Part shown: piece by piece, positions 21,049 to 34,009 of the stretch | Layout of the letters: every line of letters starts with the position of its first letter | Position numbering within the stretch: the stretch's first letter is position 1 | DNA from: Lama guanicoe | Taxonomy: Eukaryota | NCBI GenBank assembly: GCA_013239625.1 | Contig: MU054117.1 | Span: 2,602,011 to 2,666,010 of the forward strand | Direction: 5' to 3' | DNA: 64,000 nt | Position numbers and translations under genes: made by a program | The notes under the pieces: model-generated | What the model saw: only the letters and a program-made list of their open reading frames with translations | Database searches by the model: none | Told to the model about the DNA's origin: nothing

Positions 21049-23024
21049 GTCCTCACGGCTCCGCGTGAAACCGTCAGAACTGCCCGGGGCTCTGTGGGAG
21101 CCGTCGGAACCGCCTGGGGCTCTGCGTCTTCTCCTGACCGTTCTTCCAGTAAATGGCTGTGGAACCTCCACTCTGCTCCAGACACAGCACCAGGCTGGGC
21201 CCCGCGGGGATGCAGGGACAGGTGTGGCCCTGGGAAGAGGAGGTGTGAGCGGGACCTCCACTTCCCCACAGAGGGTGCTGGCTCCGGCCCAGGTAGGGCT
21301 TGTTTGGAACTTGTCCGTCGAGTCAGGAGCAGCAGGGAGAGAGCCAGGGTGGGACTCGGAGGCCCTGTGAGGTTGGCCTGTGATGGTGGTGAAGGGATGG
21401 GGTGGCGGCAGGTCCATGATAGGGTGGCACATGTACCCCGGCCCAGGCCTTCCCCTTGCCCAGCTGGAAGGCCACCCAGCACCCTGTGCAGCCACGTCTG
21501 GGTGAGTCCTAGGGGTCCCGGCTCCTGGCTGCCTCTCCCGAGCCTGAGGCCTCCCTGAGGGGGTCCTGACCCCTCTTGTGTGGGGTCCTGTGGTTCTGGC
21601 TCTGTAGGTCCATGTTCCTGCCAAGAGCACGCTGAGTCCAGGGCCCTTTCTCCAGTGGGTCCTCAGGAAATATTAATTGGCAGTGAGGACCAGAGACTTA
21701 GGCTCCCCAGTGGTGGTCTCCGGGCCCTTGTTCTCCCATGATTGAGAGCTCTCTCCCTAAGTCATCCCAAGGCCTCATGCTGGGACCTCTCCTCCTCACG
21801 GTGGGTTCTGACCTACAGCTACAAGCAGAGGCGGCCTTAACCACACTCTGGCCACCCACATTCAGGAAGCCGCTCAGAAACGCGCCTGGAGTCCACGGTG
21901 GACAGACAGGTGAAGTGGGTGGAGCGTGGGCAGGGAGGGCAGGTCCTCGGCAGGGGGCGGGGGGATGCAGGGGCCCAGTGCCCAGGCTGCCTGGCCCTGT
22001 CTGTTAACTCCCCATTAGCATTCGGCTGTGGCATTGCCTCTAAGCGCTTGATTTATGCCGCCACGGTACTGCTCACAAATTAGGAGCCGCTATTGTGCTA
22101 CGTCGGCTTTAAAATCGATGCGGAGTAATTGCAGTGCACGGGTAGCTGGACGATGTTAACATGAGAAATATGCTGTCGTTATCATCCTTGGAACCAGCAC
22201 GACTACAGGGGGATTCTGCCCCCTTTACTGGCTGATCTGAACTCAGCTTGCCGCCAAGGCCACCCCGGCACGGCCAGCCCTGGACCAAGAAGTGTCTTGA
22301 GTGGATGAGCCGGGAGTCAGGCTGGGAACTGTCGTGCTGAAGCCCCTCGGAGGGGTCAGGCTGGGCTGAGTTTGCTTCACTCTGGGTCCAGACCCCCGGC
22401 CTTCGTGTCACGTTTTGTGTGTGCTTTGCTGCCGTTGGCGTGTGGTGTATGTGTTCGCGCCTGTGTGTGGTCTGTTTGCGTGTGCCTGTACCGCCTTAGA
22501 GTCAAAAAACAGTTCTTCTGAGGCCAGGTCGTCATTCCGCACTGCCCCCGCAGTCCCTGTGGTGGGCGCCTCCGTCTCCTCGCCCGCGGAGGGGCCGACA
22601 GCGCTGCTCGCCCACCGGTCGGCGCCGGTGTCAGACGAGCACTCGGGGGTCCAGGTGTGTGGGCGCCGGAGCAGGAATTGGCAGCAGCAACAGCAGGAGC
22701 TTGCTAGGAGGATGATCAGCCGAGGGGCCGATGAGCGGCCAGGCGCCAGGAAGGCTCCCGGCCTTCTCTGTACGTCGGAGTCTCACAGGAGATTGAAGAC
22801 AAGAAGCTGATGCTGGATTCCACCCCATCTTCAGAGACCCAGGTTTCATGGGTCTGGGGTGTGTCCTGGGCATCTGGCTATTAAAAGCACCCCCGCCCCG
22901 GGGATACACATGCACGTGTCACCAAGGCTGAAAACTGCCACGGCGTCCATGTCTCTGTCTTCAGATGGACCTTGCTTCTCTGGATAGGACCCATATGGAT
23001 TAGTTAAAGATCTCTGCAGGAAAA

Positions 23025-23105
23025 AAAAGGCAGGTTTTCTAACTGATAGGAAGTTCCTCCTTGTATCCAGCCAGAATCCCTGCTGTGTCAAGTCCTCTCT
23101 TGGCT
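23025..23105 (-). mobile_element. L3/CR1 LINE fragment
   Basis: Minus-strand translation QQGFWLDTRRNFLSVR matches the CR1 ORF2 C-terminal motif GRFRLDIRKNFFTVR. Confidence 0.65.
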
Positions 23106-23904
23106 GACTGTGAGTCCCTGGCCTCCGTCTCTCTGTATGGAGGGTGTCAAGCAGCGTGCCTTTGCTGGGAGCCTGGGGACCCTGCTGACTTACAAATGGG
23201 ACTGTGAAACTCTCCCCCGGGGAGTAGCATGGCCTCCCCGAGGAAGCGGCTGCTGTGCAGACAGCGTGCCCACACCTCCCCAGCTTGCCGCAGTGGGGCT
23301 GAGAGCCCCAGGGACCTGCAGGGTGTCAGAGGGCAGGTGCGCAAGGAGTCTGATCCTGTCTTTGCACACGAGGGACCCCAAAAAGGGGAGAAGCTGGCCA
23401 GCAAACCACCATGGGTTGGTGGCAGAGGCAGGACTGGGGCCCCAGTCCCGGCTCCTATCAGGGCCGTCTCTGTGGCAGCCCAGCCCGGGAGACATGGGCC
23501 TGGACCCCGTCTGTCTCTGGGGAGGCTGGGTCGGGGGCAGGGTCTCCAGCAGGACAAGGGTGCTGAGCAGCCTGCATCTCTGGCGAGCCTGAGCGCCGGC
23601 TTACCCCCAGGCACACACATTGCACCAGGATGGCCGCGTGATGGGCTGGGGGAATGACAGCTGTCGGGTCTGGTTTGATGCCAGTGCCGGCCCCTGTTAG
23701 ATCCCCCAGTTCTGTTGTCTTGGCAGCTGAGCCATGTGCTTCCTATTGGGAGAAACGGGGCTGCCTGCTGGGGGAGCAGAGCAATGGTCAGGGTGACCAG
23801 GTGGCCACAGGGACTAGTATTCGACCCATGTGGCGGTCAGGACCTCAGAAATAGTTGGGCCATCACTCAGTCTCTGCACTGCGAGTGTCACCTTTGACCT
23901 GGCT

Positions 23905-24085
23905 GTGCGGGGCACAGAGGTGCTCTGAAGGGTCACAGCCCTGTGCTCAGATCCCATTCCAGAGTAGAGATGGGCTCCCTGTCAAAACAGTGTGATAAGA
24001 GCTGGGATGGGGTAAACACAGGAAGCTGTGTGGACGCCCGGGACAGGCACCCAGCTAGAAGCTGGGGCCTGGGGAATGCTTTCGT
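23905..24085 (-). mobile_element. L2 LINE fragment
   Basis: aaaacagtgtgataagagctgggatggggtaaacacaggaagctgtgtgg...gggaatgctttc. Confidence 0.6.
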
Positions 24086-27000
24086 CTGCGTCCAGGGTGA
24101 GCGGAGGCGGTGTCTTCAGTCCAGGCAGGGCATTGCTCCTGGTGTCCCAGCCCCCAGCCCAACCCCCCTGCAGGCCTGCCCACCAGGAGCCCAGTGAGGT
24201 CAGTGTCCATGTCTGTGCCTTCCACGGAACGAGGGCAGGGTGGTGAGGAGGATGTCAGCCTGAGGGGGTTTGGGGGTTCTGAGCACAGCAGAAGTCACGT
24301 GCATGCCCACGCTGGTTGGGGGCCATCTGCCGGCAGCTGCGAGCAGGCAGGTCCCTGTGGGATGCTGGCCCGTTGTTGCATCCTCACGGGAACATGAGCA
24401 ATGCATCCCTGCATGCTGCTTGACTCACACTTGGTTCCGGAGCCTAAAAAGGTGGGAAAACAGCCACAATAACAGGAAGAGGGGCCCGAGAAGTTGGCTT
24501 ACGTCTGGGGAGCAGATGGGATTATTTCCAAATAGGTTATGCTCATCAGAGGGTGTGACCACCGCCACCCGGAACCCTGAACCTCCAGGCTGGCTCCCAG
24601 GAAAGATGGACGAGTTCTTTCTCGGCTGGAAGAACGAGCTGATGCCAGGAGGACCCAGAGGGACCGTTCTTCTGTGCTCATTCCACCTGCTGGGCCAAGC
24701 TGGGAGCCAGTTGGAGACCAGTTTTCCTTTTTTCTGACCGCAGTAAAGGCCCAGCAACATCCCAGGCCTGATGCAAGGCAGGAGAGGGGTCTGCTGCCTC
24801 TCCTGCTGGTCAGTACTGGGGGCACAGAGTGGACACCGGGGGACGGAGGCCCAGGACTTTGTCCTGGAGAGCATTTGGGGAGGACATGTGTGTGTGGAGG
24901 AGGAGAGTGGGGAGGGGGAGGAGGAGGAGGAGGGCAGGACCAGAAAGGAAGGTTATTTTCTCTCCTCAGATCACACGTGGCGGGAGCAACTTGTTTCAAG
25001 ACCAGGGAAGGTAACTTTTCACTCCTGGTTTTGGGGTTTTGACAGGGGAAGCACTCCCACTTTGTCCTCAAGTTCAAGAAGACTAGCCGGGGTACTGCCT
25101 GGGGAGCAGTCAGCTCCTGACAGTCAGACCACAGCTCGGCAGCCTCAGGAGGGCCCACCCCCGAACCCTCTGCTGTGAGGGTCCTGTAGGGGCCGTCTGG
25201 TCTCTTTCCCTCCCTCTGGGTGGGACGCTCACTCTTCTCCTAGAGATGGAGAGTCCAGGCCTCCCCAGGTGTGCTCAGATTTTAGGGCTCCCTCCTCATC
25301 TGTGACCCGAGTCCATCCTATGCAGTAGCCTCGACGGTAGAAAGGGGCCGGGTCCGCCCTGCATCCATTACTGAGATCCTGCGGTGCAGAGGGGAGAGCC
25401 AAGCACTTAGCCGGTGTGTCTGGGTCAAGGGTAGAGGTCGAAGTGGAGCCCGAGTCCCCAGACCTCTGCCTGTGGGCACACGGAACCCTGTAGCAGCTGG
25501 TGTCTGCGCACCAGTGAGAAGTACCACAGTGGGCAAATCTGAATGAGCGTTTAGTGCTGAAGAATTAAATGCAAGAGCTGAAGCCAACAGTCATCTCAAC
25601 CAACGCTGGGAAGCTGAGAGCCCCGGAGCAGCCTTACAAGCTGTCTGCACGCACATGCCGGGTTTGTTTTGGGCCTGAATGTGTCCCCTAAGACTGTGCA
25701 GTCTGGGCTTGTTGGCGCTGCCGGGGGAAGTTCCGGGGAGCTGTTGCAGCCTCCCACCCAGGGTGGCCCCCGGGGGGGCTCTGGGCAGCCCGTCTGCTGC
25801 GGTGTTCTGTGGCTCCGTGAGCCACCAAGGTCAGATGCCTGAAGGGACAGCGCTGCTTCCAGTGGGCAGGGAGAAAGGACAGTAAATCACTTGCTTTGCA
25901 CCTGCCTCTGCAGACAGTAGGTGCTCACTGAGCTCCCTTCAATGCTTTGGGGTGTAGTCGTCTAAGGTGGGGCTGGAGCAGTGATTTCTCAGCCCCTCCA
26001 GACTCTGCAGCACACTGAGGGGTCCTCCTGGGATGCTCTGGGGACCAGTAGGGGTGGGAGTCCTGCCCAGCCGGTCCTGCTGGCCGCTCCCAGCTCCCTC
26101 CTTCCACATCCCGCATACCCCATCCTCCCTGTCAGCCACTGCTCCTTGTCCTCTGCTCCCTGAGGAAGTGCTGACTTGTTGGAAGCTTTCCTGTTCTTGG
26201 TTACCCTGGAGACTTCTTAAGGACACTGTGGGACCTCCCTGACCCCTGTCTGAAGGCCCCAAGCCGGTAGAGTCTCTGCTCACCCCTCCCTGCCTGGGGG
26301 TGCAGCCGTAGGTGAGGAAGGGGTGTGCTCTCAGGGCCCAGCATGGCCTACACCAGCCTGCTGCCCGGGAGGTGAAGGACAGTGCTCAGCTAAGAGAGTG
26401 TGAGCCTGGGTGTGTAACTCCCACGAGGGCCTTTTAAAGTAATTTTAACATCTTGCCAGGAATGCCACACATTCTGTCTCTCTCTGCCCCATGGAGCCTC
26501 TTAGCCCCATAGAAGACAACCAGACAGCAGGTGGAGAAACGAGGGGGCAGATGCAGTGAAGGGGAGCAGGGACGCCCCAGGTTCCCTGGCTCTGGGACCT
26601 AGGGCTGGGCACCTCTCCGTCTGGAGTGCACTCACTTTCGGATTCCTTCAGGTGAAAGTTCTTGGTTCTGCTGCCCCCACTGTGGACACCAACATGTTGG
26701 GGAGTCAGTGAGGACGGAGCTCCCGGCCTCACCCTGGCCTCTGGCCTCAGCCCCGCTTTCCCAGGGAGAGACGGCACGGGCGAGGGTTGGAGGGCACTCT
26801 GTAGATCCGCGCATTACGACATGCCCTGCCTGTGCCCCAGGCCTGGCCCACCCTACAGAGGTCAGCAAAGCGTGGAGCTCGCAGGGGCTGGGCAGGTGGA
26901 AATTCACGTGGAACTGGCTGGCCTCGCTGCCAGGGCAACAGATGTTGGCTTTGGAGCCTGGATGGGGTTCGCTCCAGGCCGTGGGCGGGCGGCACCTTCA

Positions 27001-28429
27001 GATGATCTCCCGGGTCGGGTTTCTCGTTGGCTCTGCGCAGGGCCTTTCACTTTGGGGGCCGTCTGGCCTCCAAGATTCCTCCCACCGCGGCCTTTTCACC
27101 CGCTGTCGTGTGCGTGCCCGGCCAGCAGAGTTGGCCGCTCCACCCCCGCGCCGCGAGCTCCCTGGGCTTGGGGCTGGCTCTTTGACGGGCTGTGTCAGGC
27201 CAGGGTAGCTTCTCCCATCTCCCCGGGAGCATCCTGTGTGACTTGGGTGCAGCAGCACGGTTATGTGCGCCCCTGCAGGGGCCTGGAAGCCTGTAGGACC
27301 TCGCCCCAGCTTATGCAGATGGCACTTTGGTCTGGTTGTGGGGTGCACTCCTGGGTCTCTCTTTTTGGTACAATTCTTGCAGGACAGGATGCTGAGCCTT
27401 GGAAGTGAAGTGGGCACAGGTTTTCCAGCTCCTGGGGTGCCCTGTGTCACCAAGTGCCTGCTCTCAGCACACACGATCACAAATCCTGGGAAATGCATGT
27501 TGTCTCCTCTCAAAATGTTTTCTCTTCCCATTTCCAGCTTCCTTGATAAGCTTGTTTCTGTTTTTGCTGTGAGCTTTATTTATTTACTTTTAAAAAATAT
27601 TTATTTATTTACTTTGCAATTCCATCCAATAACTAGAGGATATGAAGCCAGTTTAAGTGTTTTTCATCAAGAGATGAGAGGAAGTGGGGGTGAGAGCTCG
27701 GGGAGCAGGTTTGGGTTGGGTCTTCAGAGCACTGAGAACCGGAAGTTTGTCCCCTGCCCTGATGGGTTCCCTCTCCCGCCTCCTGCGACGTCAGTCCCTG
27801 GAATCTTGAACTAAGAAAATATTCAGAAGGCATGAAATCTGGTGGCTTGGAGCTTAGCTGAATATCAGTCACATGGGAAGCTAGCCATCCCTACCCTTGG
27901 AGGGTGCTTTCGTGGGTCAGGAGTGGAGATTGGGGTTCATTTTGATTGAGGATCGCCCAGGTGATGCTGACGCGTCCAGCCCTCCCTGGTCCTGGGATGG
28001 GTGTTAGTCCACGTGCTCTCGTGTGGCCCTGCCCTCTCTCCCATCAGGTGAGACAGCCGAGCTCCCGCTCCTCCAAGTGGCCGTCCGCAGTGGGTGCTCC
28101 CTGCCTCCCAGGGCTGCCCACTGTGTCTAGGGGCGTCTTAGCTGTAAGGTGTTCTTTCTCCTCGGCCCTGGTCTGTCCCCTGAGCTCCACAGAGAGGTTG
28201 TCCTTCCTCCTCTCTGTGTCCGGCCTCCTCATGGGCTGGGAAAACGGGGGCCCCAAGCTCGCTGGCTGGGCCGGGGGCCACCTCTTCTCCCCAGCTGCAC
28301 CTGCTGCCTCATCCCCTTTCTGTCTCTTTCAGGCGTTGCCCAGAGGTTGTCTGCGTGGAGCTCTCCGACTCCCATGGCCATGCTTAATTATTAGTCTTTA
28401 ATTACTAATAATTAATTTAGCAAGCACAT

Positions 28430-28900
28430 GAAGTTATTTTCTTAAGTAGTACTGGGTGGGTATAAATGATACGTGTAAGTTATAAAGGACAAGAGAAGGA
28501 ACCCCACCAACCCCACTGCCCAGCCTAAGGCCAGGCCCTCACCAGCACGTCACCTCTAGTCGTCCCCGTGGGCCCCTGGCCTCTCCCCGAGAAGCGGCCC
28601 CTTCTGGCTGTGCTTCATCATTCTTTTGCCGTGGTTCTGTGGTGTTCCCACTCCTCCACACCCCGCAGCAAGGCATCCTGTAGTTGCATTTGCTTTTGAG
28701 CCGTATGTGGTGGGGGGGGTGCTGTGTGCAGCTTTCTGCCGCTTGTGTTTCTTTTACTCAATATTCTGTTCCTGAGATTCATCCTTGTCACGTTTGCGGC
28801 TGCAGTTCACTCATTTCCCTGCTTTATAATATTTTGCTGTGCGAGTACAGGCACCTGTCCTTCGTTGCCTGTTTTTGGCCGCCCTGGGCAGAGCGCTGTG
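28430..28900 (-). mobile_element. Old L1ME 3' end fragment
   Basis: tttcttttactcaatattctgttcctgagattcatccttgtc...agttcactcatttccctgctttataatatttt. Confidence 0.65.
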
Positions 28901-30164
28901 GGCGTCTGGGCCGTGTGCGGCTCTCCAGGGCATTTCCCAGGGTGGCACTGCCGGATGGTGGGGCAAGGGCCCAAGAAGAGCGTGCTCCTGGCCAGGCCAG
29001 GGCCGGCGTGCATCCCTCTGACCGGGGTCCTGCCTGGGGAGCAGCCTGGCCTCTGCGGGCAGTGATGACCGAGCCGAGAGTCAGCCCTGGTCGGAGCCTG
29101 CAGCGGCTGCGCTCTGCCGGGAGCAGCGGGGTTGCTTCACAGCAGAGCCGGGCTGAGTGGAGGGTGAGAGCACCCGTTCTCACAGATCTAATTTACTGTT
29201 CCACTTTCCCATCCTGGAGTGAGTGCCTATAAAAAAGATGAACTATTTGGCTGAGATCGGGGCGGGCAGGAGCAAGGCAAGGCTCTGCACTGGCCGTGGT
29301 GTTGAGAAGCTAGTTCGGGGAGCTTCCTTCTGCACCATCCCAGATTTGAGCCTGGCCGTCCTCCGACGTCTGCCTCACCTCCCATGCTCGGGGTGAGTTT
29401 CCATCCCCAGGTGCAAGTCCCTTTCCTTCTCTGATTTTCTCGGCCACACTTAAGGTCTGTGTGGTTGCTGGGACAGGTGCTTCCTGCTTGCTTGGATGGT
29501 TCTCTTTCTAGCCCCGTGTGTCTCCTCCACTCAAGCAGACCATCCACCCCTTGAGGGCAGGGCCTTTGTTTGGATTCTATTGGCCTCTGCAGCCCTGGGC
29601 CCAGTTAACTGACTATTTGGCTGGGTCCGCAGTAGCTTCATGCCCCTGCCTGTGAGCAGGGTGACAGGCTGCTTTGTCCTTCCTGTTCCTTACCGCGTGT
29701 CCCCTCCAAAAAGAACATCCCCGGAGCCACATTTCTGGGAGGTTCAGATCTGTTTCTTACAAAGCTTTTAGCTTCATTGTGCAGGGAAGGAGCAAATTGA
29801 GGCCAGGGCTGCGGTCAGAGCAGAAGCACGGGGTGGGCTCTGCCGCTCTCGGCCTGCGCGCCGGGAGCCACTGCTGACCGCCGAGGCCACTGGGCTGGTG
29901 AGGCCTGGAGATGTGCTGTCCTGGCAGGTCTGCAAGAAAGGAAAATGCCGCGGCGGTCTCCCAGGCTTTCTCGGGCAGCAGGAGATTGCCGATCCGGAGG
30001 GCACCGCGCTGAAGCAGTTTAGGGAGAAATACAGTGAGTGAGAGAAGGGCTGAGTGGGGTGGAGGGTGAGTGGGTGAGTGAAGGACGGGTGAACAACCAG
30101 TGGTGTGTCCGGAAAGGGACCTGCTTGGGAGCCCAAGACTTGGGGTCTGCATGGAGCATTCTCC

Positions 30165-30290
30165 TTTTTGTGTGACGGTGGGAAAACTGCCTAACGTTTC
30201 CTTAGTTCCTGTGTCTGTAAAATGGGGCTGCAGTCTGCACTTCCCCGGGGATGTCCAGGAGCGTGGGGGTGCTGTTTGTGAAACTGCCCG
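30165..30290 (+). mobile_element. MIR SINE
   Basis: tgtgtgacggtgggaaaactgcctaac...ccttagttcctgtgtctgtaaaatgggg. Confidence 0.65.
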
Positions 30291-30860
30291 CTCCCTTGAG
30301 CTCATGTCTGATGTAACCCGGCTCTCAGGGGGCTGGCAGGACCGGCTGTGACGGACCCAGTGGGTTATGATTTGAAAAGCGTCCAGTACTCCTCTCTCCT
30401 GCCCCCTGGTGATGGCTGGCTGTTTGCGGATGGAGAAGCTGGTTCCCTGCCAGTGGGGTCTGCCCTGCAACCAGAGCGTTGAAAACGGTTGCTTTCCCAT
30501 CAAAATGGAATGTGTGAGGCCTGCTGGGGCCTCTAGCCAGCGATGCCTTCCCAGTCTGCGCAGGTGGGGAGAGCAGGTGCCAGTGTGACTTGCTTTGAGG
30601 GGGTTGGCCTCGCTGCTGCAGCAGCGTTTAATGTGGGGAGACTAGCCTGTCCTCCCAAATAGAGATGTGCTAAGGCCAGGCCTCACCTCCCAGATCCTGG
30701 GGAGCTGCTGAACGCGCTGAGGGGTGCTGTTGTCTGGCCCAGGGTCCCACATTGCTTGGTCGTGGTGGCTTGAGGCTTCCCTAGGGTGGAGAGCATACCC
30801 TGCTGCCTCTGTCCCTTTAGTGTCCTCTGCTACCCAGGAGGTTTCAGGAGTAGTGCACCC

Positions 30861-31013
30861 GAAGTCAGAAGACCTGGGCTTCTGTCCCCGTCTGTCTCCT
30901 TAGCAGCAGCTGTGTGACTCTGAGCCAGTTGCCTGACGTCTCTGAGCTTCAGCTCCTTAGTGGTGGAGAGAAATCAGCGACACTTACCTTGAGGGGTTGA
31001 TGAGATAACGTGA
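30861..31013 (+). mobile_element. MIR SINE
   Basis: gaagtcagaagacctgggc...agctgtgtgactctgagccagttgcctgacgtctctgagcttcag. Confidence 0.7.
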
Positions 31014-31029
31014 TGCTAAGTGTCATCTG

Positions 31030-31195
31030 TCGAGTGCTTTCTGAGTGTGCATGTTCTTCAGACATTATTTCAGCAGCACCCCTGGCAGAGAGGGGGACTG
31101 GACCTCCATTTTACAGAGGCGCAGCTGCAGCTCAGTGAGGTGTGGTCACTCGCCCCGGCTGGTTGCACAGCTGTGGTAGCAGGGCTGGGTGATGC
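31030..31195 (-). mobile_element. MIR SINE
   Basis: ctccattttacagaggcgcagctgcagctcagtgaggtgtggtcactcgccc...cacagct. Confidence 0.7.
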
Positions 31196-32674
31196 CCAGC
31201 GGGTGCCCGCGTTCCTCCCGGCCGCCACGTTGCTCCTCTCAGTAAACAAGATGCTATGTGGGGAGTGGCCGGCATGCAGTTGACACAGCCTGTGGAATTT
31301 ACTGAGAGATTAGCTGGGCTTTCTGGGGACTGGAAAAAATAAGGGTGGGGGTCGTGAAAAGACTGGTTAACTGGGGTCTGCGCTCCCCTCTTTGTCGGGA
31401 GGCCTCTGTGACTGCAGGCCTTGGTGTATTTTTGGTAGCCACCTGATGAATGTCCTCCGTGCTCAGCGGGAGGCAGAGGTTGGGTGATGGTGCGTGGGAC
31501 TCAGCTGATTCTGCCAGGTTGTGGAGGCCTGTGGGCCCAAGTCCAGTCATGGGCAGGCCTTGGGGCGCCCTCTGGGTCCCCCGTGCTGTGGGGGACATCT
31601 GAGAACTATTGACTGAGAACCCAGAGGGAGCACCGGCCATCCTGCAGTCACGGGGCACGCACAGGGGGAACTGGGGAACAGCAGCGAGGCGTGTGAGCCA
31701 CACTGCGGGAAGGGCTGCTCCCTCAAACATGATGTGGGTGACTCAGCAGGGAGGGCTTCCTGGAGCAGGCGGCGCTGCTCCTGGAGTGCGGGCGGAGTGT
31801 GGCCAGGAGAGTGAAGGGGCATCTTGAGCTGGGGCCAAGGGCTTGTGGTGTCATCCCTTCAGCACTCCCCGCCGTTAAGAGTACCCTCGGTGGGCTGCTC
31901 TCATGGGAAGCTGATGGCTTGCATGGTCCTGAGCCCCCTCCTAGGGGCTCACTGTCAAAGGGGCTGATGCCCCTTGGGTGAAAAGGGACTCAGAGCAGCG
32001 TGCGGGGCGGTGAGCAGAAGAGACGGTTTCCCACCCCTTCTCCTCATGCCAGAGAGAGACCTCAGGTCTGCTTAGCCCCTGCCCCTCCCTCACCAAGGTC
32101 ACGCGCAGAGCTGCCCTGGCTGAGTCCCCCGAGGCGGGTTCGGCCCCCTCCCCTCTCTCTGGACCTGGCCTGGCCTGCCCTGCCGGTTGGGTTGGAATCA
32201 GAAACCTGGTGGGTCTCTCTGGGACGACGGGCAGTGTCATGGCTGAGGGTGTCACTCTCTGGACGTCTCCCGTCCTCGGTCGCAGAGAGGGCAGGTGGGC
32301 ACGCCCCTCCCCTCCTGAAGCCGGAAGTGGGCCTGGCACGCTCCCCTCCAGCCGGCCGCGTGTCCCTGAGTCAGGGAGGCCAGCTGTCCTTGTCGCGGAG
32401 GGTGCTGCTGCCACCATCTGCAGTTCATTCCACTGTATGTATGAATTTTACAAACAACCTTTTTCATCATGTTTATGAACCCGGCATATGTGGGCTGCAG
32501 GTTGGCGTTCCTGGGATGATGATGGAAGTGCTTGCCTGTAAAGCCAATGGGCTGCAGAGTCCTTGCCTCACCGGGGGTGCATCCTGTGACCGCCTCTTTC
32601 TCCCCACCTCCTGTCCTCTCCACCCCTCATCCCCTCCAGAGGAAGACTAGAATATTCCCTCGTTTGTGCATGCT

Positions 32675-32850
32675 GCTCACAGTTTGCACAGCACTTTTAT
32701 CTCTCCTTCTCCTGTAGAGAAGATGCATTATTCTCATTTTACAGGTAAGACAGGGAGTTGGAGAAGCCGAGGGATCTGCCCAAGGCCAGTGGTCCCAGCA
32801 GCTGAGCTGAGCCTTGGACCCTGGTCCTGAGTCTGTGTCCTTTGCTATTC
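32675..32850 (-). mobile_element. MIR SINE
   Basis: attattctcattttacagg...gatctgcccaaggcca. Confidence 0.6.
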
Positions 32851-33639
32851 TCGCCCTCTGTGCCCCCTCCATCTGGCAGGGGTGACACACCCCTTCCCTG
32901 GGCCTCACTCAGCGTCCCCTCCGCCCCACCCGGGACTCGTTGGGCCGAGCAGAGTCTGCAGCTGCCAGGGGCCGCCTGCTTTGTGCTGAATGTGGTTTGT
33001 GGCTTCTGTTTGTTCCCACGGTGCCCTTTGTGAATGTCATTGAGTTATCAGGGCTGGCTCCTCCCCTGTGCTGGCAGGAAAGCCCAGCTCCAAGTGGTGC
33101 TTTTCCCCAGAAAACTGTGTCGGCCCTTCCATGTGTCTCGGAAGAGCCCTGGCTGGGAGGTGGGGCTCCTGGGTTTAGACCCCAGTGCCAGATGTGTCTT
33201 GGGCTGTCTTTGGTGGTGTCCCTCTCTCAGCAGCTGTAGCCGCAGTCAAGCCTGGCCTCCACCAGGGCCCCAGCCTCCTCCAGGGCCTTGGCCTCCCCCT
33301 GGCCGGCAGGCTAGGCTCCCACCCCCAGGCATCTCTCCTGCCCGCTGCTCTGTTCCATTAGGACTGAACCCTCCATGCCGGGGCTGGAACCCCCTGAGCA
33401 GGAGTAGAGCCGATCCATCTCGCTTCCTGCTGCATTTTGAAGCTTAAGGTGCCCCTGAGGTTTTTTTCTTGTCTCCTGGGGAGGGAAACCCAGGGCCCTG
33501 GGGCCCATTCCTCTGCTTTCCCATCGACAGCATTGTAGAAGTGGAGCCCTCTCTTCCCCTCACCTCTCAGAACGGGGGCTTGGTGTCCTGGCCATTCACT
33601 GGCGTCCAGGTGGTCACTGTCGCTCTTGCTGAGTCCCCC

Positions 33640-33860
33640 AGGGGTGCGGCCTTGCACCGAGTGCCTCACTGGCTCTCCTGGGGACCCTGTAGGGTCATTA
33701 CTGTCATCCCATCTTGTAATTCCACAGCACGTGAAACTGAGGCTAAGAGAGGTTAAGCAACTTCCCCTCGGTCACACAGCTGGTGCACGAGGGTGTAAGG
33801 CTTTAAACTTAGGGCCGTCTGGCTTCAAATCTGGTGCTTACGTACCCCACGCCTGCCTCC
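33640..33860 (-). mobile_element. MIR SINE
   Basis: gaaactgaggctaagagaggttaagcaacttcccctcggtcacacagctggtg...gtctggcttcaaa. Confidence 0.85.
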
Positions 33861-34009
33861 ACCGTGCTGTGGTGTTAAATACGAGCCTGGTACTAACTCC
33901 TGTGATTTAACTGCATTTGATGTATCATGACAGTAACACTAAGACAGCATGGACGTCTGAGAGTTGTGGCTTGCCGGCCATCGCGGTAACTAGGTTTGGG
34001 TAAGAGGAG

